Assembly: GCA_005239745.1 (NCBI GenBank)
Contig: SBBL01000099.1
Span: 1 to 45,556 of the forward strand
DNA from: Candidatus Troglogloeales bacterium
GTDB taxonomy: Bacteria > Nitrospirota > Nitrospiria > SBBL01
DNA: 45,556 bases
Direction: 5' to 3'
Within the stretch, counting starts at the first letter, position 1; every line of letters begins with the position of its first letter. Shown in pieces: positions 37,594-45,556 of the stretch. The notes under the pieces were generated by a model. It did no database searches, was not told where the DNA came from, and was given only the letters and a program-made list of their open reading frames with translations. Both the position numbers and the translations under genes were made by a program.

Positions 37594-38343
37594 ATGGATT
37601 GCGCGTTTCACATCGAAGGCTTCTCTGCCTTTTATGGCACGAACCAGGTGCTTAAAAATATTCGGGTCAAGATTCCAGAGAAGTCCATCACCGCCGTGAT
37701 CGGTCCGTCGGGATGCGGAAAGAGCACCTTTATCCGCTGCCTCAACCGCATGAACGATCTGGTACCTACCTTCAGGGTTGAAGGGGAAGCGCTCTACAAG
37801 GGAACTCCGATTTATGATATGGATGCGATAGACATTCGGCAAAAAATTGGGATGGTTTTTCAAAAACCCAATCCTTTTCCAAAAAGCATCTATGAAAATG
37901 TTGCCTACGGACCTAAAATTCACGGGATGAGGCGAAAGGCCGCGCTAGATGAGACCGTTGAAGCAAGTTTAAGGCAGGCTGCCTTGTGGGATGAGGTAGC
38001 GGACCGTTTGGAACAATCGGCACTAACCCTCTCCGGGGGGCAACAACAAAGGCTCTGTATTGCACGGGCACTAGCCGTTTCGCCCGACGTCCTGCTCCTT
38101 GATGAGCCTACTTCCGCAATTGATCCAATAGGGACCGCGCGTATAGAGGAACTATTAAATGAGTTAAAAACTAATTATACGGTTGTTATGGTTACCCACA
38201 ACATGCAGCAGGCCGCTCGTATTTCAGACCGTACGGGATTTTTTCTGATGGGGGAGCTGATTGAGTACAACAAAACGTCAATACTGTTTACCAATCCTGC
38301 GGACCCACGGACGGAGAACTATATCACCGGGCGGTTTGGATAA
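37594..38343 (+). CDS. pstB: Phosphate ABC transporter ATP-binding protein
   Basis: [49 protein letters not shown]. Confidence 0.96.
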   Translation: MDCAFHIEGFSAFYGTNQVLKNIRVKIPEKSITAVIGPSGCGKSTFIRCLNRMNDLVPTFRVEGEALYKGTPIYDMDAIDIRQKIGMVFQKPNPFPKSIYENVAYGPKIHGMRRKAALDETVEASLRQAALWDEVADRLEQSALTLSGGQQQRLCIARALAVSPDVLLLDEPTSAIDPIGTARIEELLNELKTNYTVVMVTHNMQQAARISDRTGFFLMGELIEYNKTSILFTNPADPRTENYITGRFG

Positions 38344-38348
38344 AAAGG

Positions 38349-38377
38349 AGGGGATTCCCCCCTTTAAGGGCATCCCC
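38349..38377. terminator. Possible bidirectional terminator between convergent genes
   Basis: GGGGAT..CCC-TTTAA-GGG..ATCCCC hairpin, A run on its left. Confidence 0.4.
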
Positions 38378-38387
38378 GTCTTCCTGC

Positions 38388-38993
38388 TTAAGAACACGCA
38401 AAAAGCGCTGCTTCGGCTTCGTTTGCGTAACGCTCGGCGGCTTGCAAATACGGCCTCGCGTGGCGCCAACCCACATCGGCCTGCTTATAACCCGCCCAAA
38501 CTAACTGCACATCGAGCTTCGCAAGCCACGGCCCCGCGCACTGAAAGCCCTTATGCTGCTTCATTTGAAAGGCCTTCTCCCAAAGATCGTCCCGTATCTT
38601 CATGCTTCCTGGAATAACTGCAGTGCGTGTAGTCATCACCGGTGACCGGGCTTCCAGTTGCTCAATAATAACAACAGCCTCATGGGTAGCCGCTCTAACA
38701 ACAGATACATCCCCGCCAACGGTATGTTCATCCAAGGCGAACCAAAGCCATGCACCGGCCTTTGTCAGATGGTAGTTCGACGGAGGTATCCCAGCCTCGG
38801 CCAAGTGCTCAATACGCCTCTCCAAATACTTAATCTGGTTCAATTCGCCAACAATCGGCTGAACAGCCCCCACAGACATATCCTCCGGCCCATCCGCCTC
38901 TACCGCGAAAGCGCTATCCATGTTCGTATGGTAACAGGCCAAAACAAGTAAGAAGAAACCGGCAAAAAAACTAAGGCGTCTCTGCAATAACAT
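38388..38993 (-). CDS. Secreted helical hypothetical protein associated with the DUF11/barrel locus
   Basis: Signal-like N-terminus, AGGAG RBS; motifs NYHLTKA..WL, IRDDLW, GFQCA, WRHARPYLQAAE resemble (from recall) the N-terminal domain of OmpA-family proteins encoded beside DUF11 barrel genes. Confidence 0.7.
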   Translation of the reverse strand: MLLQRRLSFFAGFFLLVLACYHTNMDSAFAVEADGPEDMSVGAVQPIVGELNQIKYLERRIEHLAEAGIPPSNYHLTKAGAWLWFALDEHTVGGDVSVVRAATHEAVVIIEQLEARSPVMTTRTAVIPGSMKIRDDLWEKAFQMKQHKGFQCAGPWLAKLDVQLVWAGYKQADVGWRHARPYLQAAERYANEAEAALFACS

Positions 38994-39018
38994 TCTGCTT
39001 ATACTCCTAACAACATTA

Positions 39019-39080
39019 GGGAACCTCTAAAAACCTACTGCGCGTACAACCTACTGCGAGCTGCTGTGCTCTGAATCCCC
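39019..39080 (-). mobile_element. Decayed MITE end
   Basis: GGGAACCTCTAAAAACCTACTGCG..CTGTGCTCTGAATCC. Confidence 0.7.
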
Positions 39081-39117
39081 GTGCCCCTCTCCCGCAAAGC
39101 GGACGAGGGTAGCCTTG

Positions 39118-42100
39118 CTAGTTGATGGCCGTCAGGCGATCACTGAACAAATCTTCATCAAACTTGAGGCGGACCCTAAAATAAGTGCCCTTATCTGTGT
39201 AATCTTGTCCGGTTAAATCGTCGTCTGAAAAACCAAGTAAGTTATAGCCACCCGAAAGCCATACATTACTGTCCGCCAGATAGCCTACTTCCGCCCCCAA
39301 ACCGTACTGGTGGGTATCCCCCTCAAATAGGTCTCTGGCAATAAGACCTATATCCCACCGATCTTTCATGTCGTACGTTAGACGACCACTAATAAGATTT
39401 GCATTGTTCTTTGAATAGAGGTCATTGGACGTCTCTTTCACCCATTTGGTTGCATAACGACCCGAGACTTGTAGCCGATGTGATGGCTGGTAGTGAAGAT
39501 GCATAGACAGAATATGAACGCTGCGGCGAAGCGTCAACCCTGCAACAGTGCTGTCCGCTTCCCTCTTGAATTCATACTTGCCGAGCGCATTCCAGACATC
39601 CGTATCCGTGTCGCGATAGGCAAGTCCCGCCTGCAACCGCTCCCCCCGCTTACTCCCGGCATCTTTGCTATCCGCAACAAAAAAGGTATTTTTTGCCAGA
39701 AACGTCCAATCACGATCCAGTTTGCGCGCCAAACCCACGCTACCCAGGAAGTTGCTGCCTGCCCGGCCCCAGCGCCGCTCAACACGAGCGGTCCCTTTCC
39801 ACAGCGGCATCGGGGTGTATTCAAGACCAATGGCCACGGCCGTCCCGTCGGCCCCTCCCCCACCCGTTGGGCTGCTCGAATCAAGTGTTTTCGTCCGCTC
39901 GTAACTTGTATTCATCCGGAGCCCCTCTGCAAGATGCCACAGATTGCGCAGGCCAATGGCCGCGTCCGTCTCTCGGCCGGAAAATGCATCCCGCGCGCGA
40001 TACTCCGTAAAGAGGTGCCCGTCTCGCATATAATTAGTGTCCACCCCAAAGAGCGTCACATGCTGGGTTTGGCTGGGGGTTAAGACATACCGCCCACCTA
40101 TACTGGAGACAAACTCATGCCTCGCATAAACTCTCCCACGGCTTGCAAACTGATAGTCCCCACCTACGGCAATGGCCTTCAGGCATTCTGTTTGTGCCCC
40201 ACCCCTTGTAAAGCTTCCATGTGTAAAACAACGCGAGAAATGGTCGGTATCCTGTTCATACTCACCAAAAACGTTCAATTGGGGAAGCGTAGGGATTTGG
40301 GCCCCAACTTTTATGCGCAGGCTGGTATTGCTAAACTCACCCACGGAACTAACCGTACTTGCCGGCGTGGGTGTCTCTTTGGAATGGCGAACGCCCGTTT
40401 CAATGCGGACATTGTTGTCAAAATGTTTCTCCACGGAGGCGGATAGCCCGGTCCTTTCCCCACCGGTACGCACGTCCCTACTTTGCAAGCCTTCTACGCG
40501 TAGCGTGTTTCGTGGAGTCATCTTATAGGTCAACTGTAAGCCGGACTCCATCCTTCCCTGGGCAAGCCCGGAGGACGGATTGACAAAGTCGGCGTCGGTC
40601 CTGCCGGAATGGAGCCTCGCCTGCAGCCTCTCTCCCTGGTGCCTAAGCTCCGTGCGCACCCCGGAACCGGAACCCACGCTGGATTTGTGGCTAGACGCCC
40701 CTTCACCAATCAGGTAGGTCTTCTCCCCCAGCCGGAACGATATATTCCCACTCCGCAACTGGTAGTCGTCCTGCGGATTATTCTCATCCACCGAGGAGAA
40801 CCCCAGCTCTACCCGATCCGTCACTTTTAATTGCCCATCAAGGCCGGCCACCCAAAAATCTTTCCCCCCTTGATCGGCCTCATAGGTTACCCGGATAACG
40901 ACGGGGTTGAGATTTTCATCAACGCTTGGGATCGGACGACGGAATAGGAGGGAGCGACTAAACTCATCAAAGGTATAATCATTAAACCGGACCATGCGTT
41001 GTGTCTTCAGGGTAACACTGGGCTGGTTACGGTCATAGGTAACAATCTCCACCTGTTCGCTATTGGGTGCAGGGATGGCCGCTGGGTCACTTAAGAAGTA
41101 AGGGCCGGAGATCCCCTTGCCGGGGATAAGGTCTATCACGTGTCTAAGGCTGTCTCTGCTGGCAAAGGCGTTGAGGTTAAACTGCCCGTTCTCCCCATGC
41201 ACCCTTACTCCCGTTAAATTACGATTATACCGACCGAGGTTTTTGACTTCTCCACTCGATTGCGTTGTAAAGTCGCCGTACATCGCATAGGAGCGGTTTT
41301 TGTCTACCCGGATGTAGAACCGCTGCGTTGACTGGGCATCATACTCACGGATAGAGGAATCGCCGTAGACCGGGTAAAACTCATCCGGCTGAATATCCCT
41401 AAAGAGCCGTTCTCTCGTCTCTTTGTCAGAGTCATAGCCCATCGTCAGGAGCGCATTTCCCCTAATTTTTCCTTTCAGGAAGAGGGCGGCACGTCCACCC
41501 GCAACAGACCTGTCATCGTCGGATCCGGAGGTTAGATGCCTAAGCTCATCCTCAAACCCGTCTGCTTTGTGCGCCGGGACAAGGTCACGACTATCAAAAT
41601 TATTGAAGTTAACCGTCCCTTCAATAATGCCTACCGCCACCATCGGCCGCACATCAGGGATAAACGATACCCGTGCCTCCGACCGAATCGTTCCGGACAA
41701 TGCCCTCACCACTCCTTCACCAGGGACTTGCGGTGCCAGCAGTAAATACTCGGAACGCCCCCCCTCTATAAAGACTTGGACATTTGGCTCAACCGAGTCT
41801 ACATCTTCCACCTGTAAGCGACCCAGGCTTGCCTCAAGGGTAACGGGCGTTCGCACAGTGACGGGTACGCCATTTGCGTCCATTAAACGAACAATCACTT
41901 CAGCCGGCGCATGACCATCGGCCGGAACCGACTCCGGGGCTTCGATCACAATGCGACCCAACTGCCCCGGTGCGATCACTCGAATCGCCTGGCTACCAAC
42001 GATCTTCTCTCCATCACTCTGACTGACCTCAAGAAGATTTTCACCCGCCTTCAGGTCTACCCCGATATACTCCAAGACCGCAATGTGTTCCTGTTCCGAG

Positions 42101-45100
42101 GCAATACGCTTGCCAACGCGTGTGACGGGAATTTCGTCTCCATTGAGGGTTAACCGGAACGGAAATTCAGAACTCCCCTTTACCCGAACCTGTGTCTGAC
42201 TGACCGGCAGGATATCTTTATCTCGTAGGTTGATAAAACCGACCTCAGATGTCAGGCCGGCCATGATCTCCTCAAGGGACGGGGTGAATGTGGGGGCCTC
42301 CCGGATCGGTTGCTTGGGCAGAAGTGAGTTGCGATCCGTTAGAGTCTCATGTACAGGCTCCGGCACGACGGACTCGAAACGGCTCGACCGTGTCCCTTCA
42401 CCTAAAACACCACTTGCGGGCAATGACTTTGGATCGGCCGGGACCGGACGGTCTACCTCCGTTGGCATTTTCGCAGAAAGCCCACGATCCGTCTCTGCAA
42501 CAAAGACCTCTCCACCGTCACGACGTCGTTTGACTTCCTTCACAACCCCTTCACCGCACGACCCTTCGGCAAAATTGGCCTTGTTAATTTGTCCGTCCTT
42601 TAGATCAACAAACTGGCTACCCGCATCAAGCGCGTTCCGATGAGACAGATCAATCAGCTCTGACCCACGCGGCATGGAAGTATAGTCAAGTTTCAAGACA
42701 TGCGTTTTTGAACGTATGCCATAGAAGCTATATTTCCCCTCACTATCTGATATCGCCGATGTCCCGTCTTCCAAAAAGACCCTTACCCCGGGGATGCCAA
42801 GCTCGCTAGGTTCTTGACGACGGTTCCGGTTACAGTCCAGAAAGACCTTACCGACAATGTAGCCCTCGCTGCTAAAAACCCCTCCTTGTACTTTTACAAC
42901 TGCCTGTGCCCGATTCGACTCGGTCACCCCACTGAACGCCTGTGCTTTATTGGTGCCATCGCCTTGCAGCGCCCCCGGCCCCACACCTACCCGATAAGTC
43001 AGGGTGACCGTCTCGCCGTTGGCAATGGAACCCAGCGAGAACGAAAGCTTAGGCCCTGCACCACCCGTCGGGTCAGCAATCGCAACACCATTTCGACGGG
43101 CCGTCCCGGTCTGGTACGTAAACCCGGCCGGCAGGACGTCGTCCACATGCAGCAGCGTCAGTGGAGTCGCGACCCCCGTATCATTTTTTACAGCAACGGT
43201 GTAGTCAATCAAATCCGCGATCTCCGCCACGGTACGAGAGGCCTTTTTATCAATAAACAAACCGCTAGCCGGTATCGGATCGAGAGGTACATCCAGAAAA
43301 ACCGGCCCCGTCGCCTCGGTAACCGCAAACTCACCTCCGTATGACCCGGAAGGGTCTATCCGCCTACCTGCAGGAAGCTCCCCAATCGGTACGGTTGAGG
43401 GAAAGCGGTGGCCGTTGGGCGCAATAATAACGAGTTTATACCGGCTTGCCTCAACCAGCGGGAACTCGAATAGCCCGTCCACCCCGGTAACCACCGTACT
43501 GGGCGCCGGAACGATACTCCCGTCGGCAAGACTCTTCTTTACTATCGCCGGCTGACCCGCAAGCCCGCCATTGCCGGCACCTGTCACGTCAATCAGCGTA
43601 ACGGTTACCCCAGGAATCGGTGCGTTGGTCTTGCTGTCGAAAACGATACCGGCTGGATCAATGAGAACCTCCGCCTCAACGCCCGTCGTCTCACACCCCT
43701 GCAGCTTTGCAAGGATTTTATCGTTTTTCACGAGCTGCATCTTCTTGTCGCCTGGCTTGGGGACGGCAGAGTCTTCCGTCTCAACAAACGGTAGTATCCG
43801 GAAAAGCCCTGTGTTGGGGCCGGACTCGGTGGCCACAAACTCTTCCGTGTCACCGGTCAGCTTAGACGTTAGGATAATGACGCCATCCCTGATGGTCGTG
43901 TTCCCCGCATCTATCTGCGTTGGAGAGACATTGCACCCAAGGGCATCCGTCTGCAAGAAAAGCGGATTTCCAAGCCTTGTATGGGTAATAGGCACCTTAT
44001 AGTCGGGGGTATAGTACTTAAGTACCGGGTCGCCAATCTTAACAAGGGTATTAATGGCCGTATCCGTCACATCCTCACCGCTTGGCCCCTTGGTTGTACT
44101 GGTCGCCTTTAGTTCCATACTAAAAGGTCCCCCGCTACCTTTGAGGGGAAGGGTCACCTTGATATAGACGGTAAATGACTCCCCCGGCGCCAATAGTCCG
44201 GTATCCGGTTTGCCGTTTCCATCGGTATCAAATAGCTCTATCAGCTCGCCACCGCCACCGTCCCTAAAGAGGCGGAACGTTGTCCCTGGAGGAAAACTCT
44301 GCTTCCCTTGCTCGATGTCAAACGTGTTAGAAGTATTCCCCTCGTTCGTAAAGACATTATCAAAATGGATGGTTCTGCCAACCGTTGCAGACAAGATGGT
44401 GTCGCCCTTCGCCTTGCCATCAACAGGATCCAGACTAAATTCCCCCCCTACCCGCTTGAGCACCTGGAAATCGGCCGTATTGCTAAGAAATCCTCCGAGA
44501 CTATCATAGGCATACTCAGCCGTGTTCAAAAGGACTCTCGGACCAACACCCCCGTCCACGGTAACGCGGAAAGTGATAGTCCCCGTAGAGGATACACCGG
44601 ACGATGGGACAGAGAAAATCATGACTGTAAGGGTCTGGGTCCCCGCATTGAAGTCGTAGGAGAGGGTGTCCGGCGTATTCCCCTGCTCATCTCCTGCCGC
44701 ATCCGTTAGCACGGTGCCCCCGGAAAGACTCCACCGACCACTACCTGGGACGTAGTTCATCCCGGCCGGGATGCTATCAGTAATCTTAAAATCACGGGCC
44801 GGTCTTGCCCCGACATTCTTATAAGTCAGGGTATAGGTGTGTGGGCCAGATCCCGGTAGGCCGGAAGAGGATGAAACGGCCTTGGTCACATTGATAATGG
44901 CACCCTCCGTAACCTGTACCGTGTCCGTGTTTTTCACCCTCATAGAACGGTCAAAGGTCTCGGCCAATACCTCCACGATCCCCACGTCTCCGGCAACGGC
45001 AGTCGAAGGTACTGTGCCAGAGACAACAAAGTTAAACGTTGCACCGGATGCCAATCCGGTAACGGTGGTAATAGCGGCGGCCCCAGCATCGGCCACGCCA

Positions 45101-45549
45101 TCCCCGTTCACATCTGGGAAAATACCTAAGTTGGAAAAATTAAACTGATCGCCAGTCCCTTGTGCCAAGGAAAGAGAGATCGTATCCTCGCCATTTCCCG
45201 TGTTAATCAGGATGTGCGGGAAGGAGACAGACCCACCGGGTGCAACCGATTTGGTCTGGTTGGCCGTTAAGATAAGCGCTCTGACCTGAAGCACGGTCGT
45301 CTTAAATACATTAGAGCGCAGCTCGTGCCTTTGCCCGGCAGAGGTGTAGGTCATTGTAGAGATGTTTTGGATAGTTATGCCGGCAGGCGGCGCGGCAGCG
45401 TACAGCGGCCCCCCCAACGGACCAAACACAAGTACGCCGGCAAGCCCCAGGGCCGCCCATCGTTGGCCCCCCGGCCACAATCGGAGTCCCGACCTGCACC
45501 CCCGACTGCAGTCGGCTCCCCGACTTTTTCGAAGAAACCCCCTACCCAT
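39118..45549 (-). CDS. Large secreted DUF11-repeat protein with SdrD/CarboxypepD-like domains and a C-terminal beta-barrel-like region
   Basis: Signal peptide ending PLYA-AAP; DUF11 units (VTKAVS..TYTLTYKNVG..ITDSIPAGMNYVPGS; IDKKAS..DYTVAVKN..VDDVLPAGFTY); GKVFLDCN..GIPGVRVFLEDG; amphipathic strands ending YFRVRLKFDE. Start codon uncertain at the window edge. Confidence 0.85.
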   Translation of the reverse strand: MGRGFLRKSRGADCSRGCRSGLRLWPGGQRWAALGLAGVLVFGPLGGPLYAAAPPAGITIQNISTMTYTSAGQRHELRSNVFKTTVLQVRALILTANQTKSVAPGGSVSFPHILINTGNGEDTISLSLAQGTGDQFNFSNLGIFPDVNGDGVADAGAAAITTVTGLASGATFNFVVSGTVPSTAVAGDVGIVEVLAETFDRSMRVKNTDTVQVTEGAIINVTKAVSSSSGLPGSGPHTYTLTYKNVGARPARDFKITDSIPAGMNYVPGSGRWSLSGGTVLTDAAGDEQGNTPDTLSYDFNAGTQTLTVMIFSVPSSGVSSTGTITFRVTVDGGVGPRVLLNTAEYAYDSLGGFLSNTADFQVLKRVGGEFSLDPVDGKAKGDTILSATVGRTIHFDNVFTNEGNTSNTFDIEQGKQSFPPGTTFRLFRDGGGGELIELFDTDGNGKPDTGLLAPGESFTVYIKVTLPLKGSGGPFSMELKATSTTKGPSGEDVTDTAINTLVKIGDPVLKYYTPDYKVPITHTRLGNPLFLQTDALGCNVSPTQIDAGNTTIRDGVIILTSKLTGDTEEFVATESGPNTGLFRILPFVETEDSAVPKPGDKKMQLVKNDKILAKLQGCETTGVEAEVLIDPAGIVFDSKTNAPIPGVTVTLIDVTGAGNGGLAGQPAIVKKSLADGSIVPAPSTVVTGVDGLFEFPLVEASRYKLVIIAPNGHRFPSTVPIGELPAGRRIDPSGSYGGEFAVTEATGPVFLDVPLDPIPASGLFIDKKASRTVAEIADLIDYTVAVKNDTGVATPLTLLHVDDVLPAGFTYQTGTARRNGVAIADPTGGAGPKLSFSLGSIANGETVTLTYRVGVGPGALQGDGTNKAQAFSGVTESNRAQAVVKVQGGVFSSEGYIVGKVFLDCNRNRRQEPSELGIPGVRVFLEDGTSAISDSEGKYSFYGIRSKTHVLKLDYTSMPRGSELIDLSHRNALDAGSQFVDLKDGQINKANFAEGSCGEGVVKEVKRRRDGGEVFVAETDRGLSAKMPTEVDRPVPADPKSLPASGVLGEGTRSSRFESVVPEPVHETLTDRNSLLPKQPIREAPTFTPSLEEIMAGLTSEVGFINLRDKDILPVSQTQVRVKGSSEFPFRLTLNGDEIPVTRVGKRIASEQEHIAVLEYIGVDLKAGENLLEVSQSDGEKIVGSQAIRVIAPGQLGRIVIEAPESVPADGHAPAEVIVRLMDANGVPVTVRTPVTLEASLGRLQVEDVDSVEPNVQVFIEGGRSEYLLLAPQVPGEGVVRALSGTIRSEARVSFIPDVRPMVAVGIIEGTVNFNNFDSRDLVPAHKADGFEDELRHLTSGSDDDRSVAGGRAALFLKGKIRGNALLTMGYDSDKETRERLFRDIQPDEFYPVYGDSSIREYDAQSTQRFYIRVDKNRSYAMYGDFTTQSSGEVKNLGRYNRNLTGVRVHGENGQFNLNAFASRDSLRHVIDLIPGKGISGPYFLSDPAAIPAPNSEQVEIVTYDRNQPSVTLKTQRMVRFNDYTFDEFSRSLLFRRPIPSVDENLNPVVIRVTYEADQGGKDFWVAGLDGQLKVTDRVELGFSSVDENNPQDDYQLRSGNISFRLGEKTYLIGEGASSHKSSVGSGSGVRTELRHQGERLQARLHSGRTDADFVNPSSGLAQGRMESGLQLTYKMTPRNTLRVEGLQSRDVRTGGERTGLSASVEKHFDNNVRIETGVRHSKETPTPASTVSSVGEFSNTSLRIKVGAQIPTLPQLNVFGEYEQDTDHFSRCFTHGSFTRGGAQTECLKAIAVGGDYQFASRGRVYARHEFVSSIGGRYVLTPSQTQHVTLFGVDTNYMRDGHLFTEYRARDAFSGRETDAAIGLRNLWHLAEGLRMNTSYERTKTLDSSSPTGGGGADGTAVAIGLEYTPMPLWKGTARVERRWGRAGSNFLGSVGLARKLDRDWTFLAKNTFFVADSKDAGSKRGERLQAGLAYRDTDTDVWNALGKYEFKREADSTVAGLTLRRSVHILSMHLHYQPSHRLQVSGRYATKWVKETSNDLYSKNNANLISGRLTYDMKDRWDIGLIARDLFEGDTHQYGLGAEVGYLADSNVWLSGGYNLLGFSDDDLTGQDYTDKGTYFRVRLKFDEDLFSDRLTAIN

Positions 45550-45556
45550 ACAGCCC

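Noticed and set aside
39493-45148. Many plus-strand ORFs opposite the giant gene, and similar shadow ORFs elsewhere
   Set aside because: Antisense shadows of real genes with no motifs

Overview
Bacterial chromosomal window of about 55% GC by eye. Gene content and order suggest Nitrospirota or a related lineage, which is an inference. It is mostly housekeeping: gspDEF, a CDGSH protein, gpsA, thiD, a macrodomain protein, tRNA-Gln, mnmG, tig-clpP-clpX (minus strand), dnaG-rpoD-tRNA(CAT), a C4 zinc-ribbon protein, RNase HI, rnpB, a UvrD helicase-nuclease, an AbrB/MazF-type toxin-antitoxin pair, a protein with four PCP_red repeats, PMM/PGM, rlmN, a Cas4/RecB-like Fe-S nuclease, tRNA-Lys, PilZ, ribBA, cmk, Wza/Wzz-like export genes, thiS-thiG and pstB. 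It ends with a 2143-aa DUF11/beta-barrel surface protein and a small secreted partner. Intergenic DNA holds nested small mobile elements: a ~178-bp MITE family with 4-bp target duplications, a ~29-bp hairpin micro-element (inside the MITEs, arrayed around a tRNA and in frame within the helicase), REP-like palindromes, and IS1595 and ISAzo13 remnants. The best leads are (1) a 37-bp repeat / 34-bp spacer / 37-bp repeat at the nuclease-tRNA-Lys junction with CRISPR-adaptation-like geometry, (2) the hairpin micro-element, (3) the DUF11/barrel surface module, (4) a candidate structured RNA upstream of dnaG, and (5) a ThiS whose terminal GG is blocked by two extra residues. No true CRISPR array, cas1, integrase or intact transposase is present. 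All calls are by-eye motif recognition; no searches were run.
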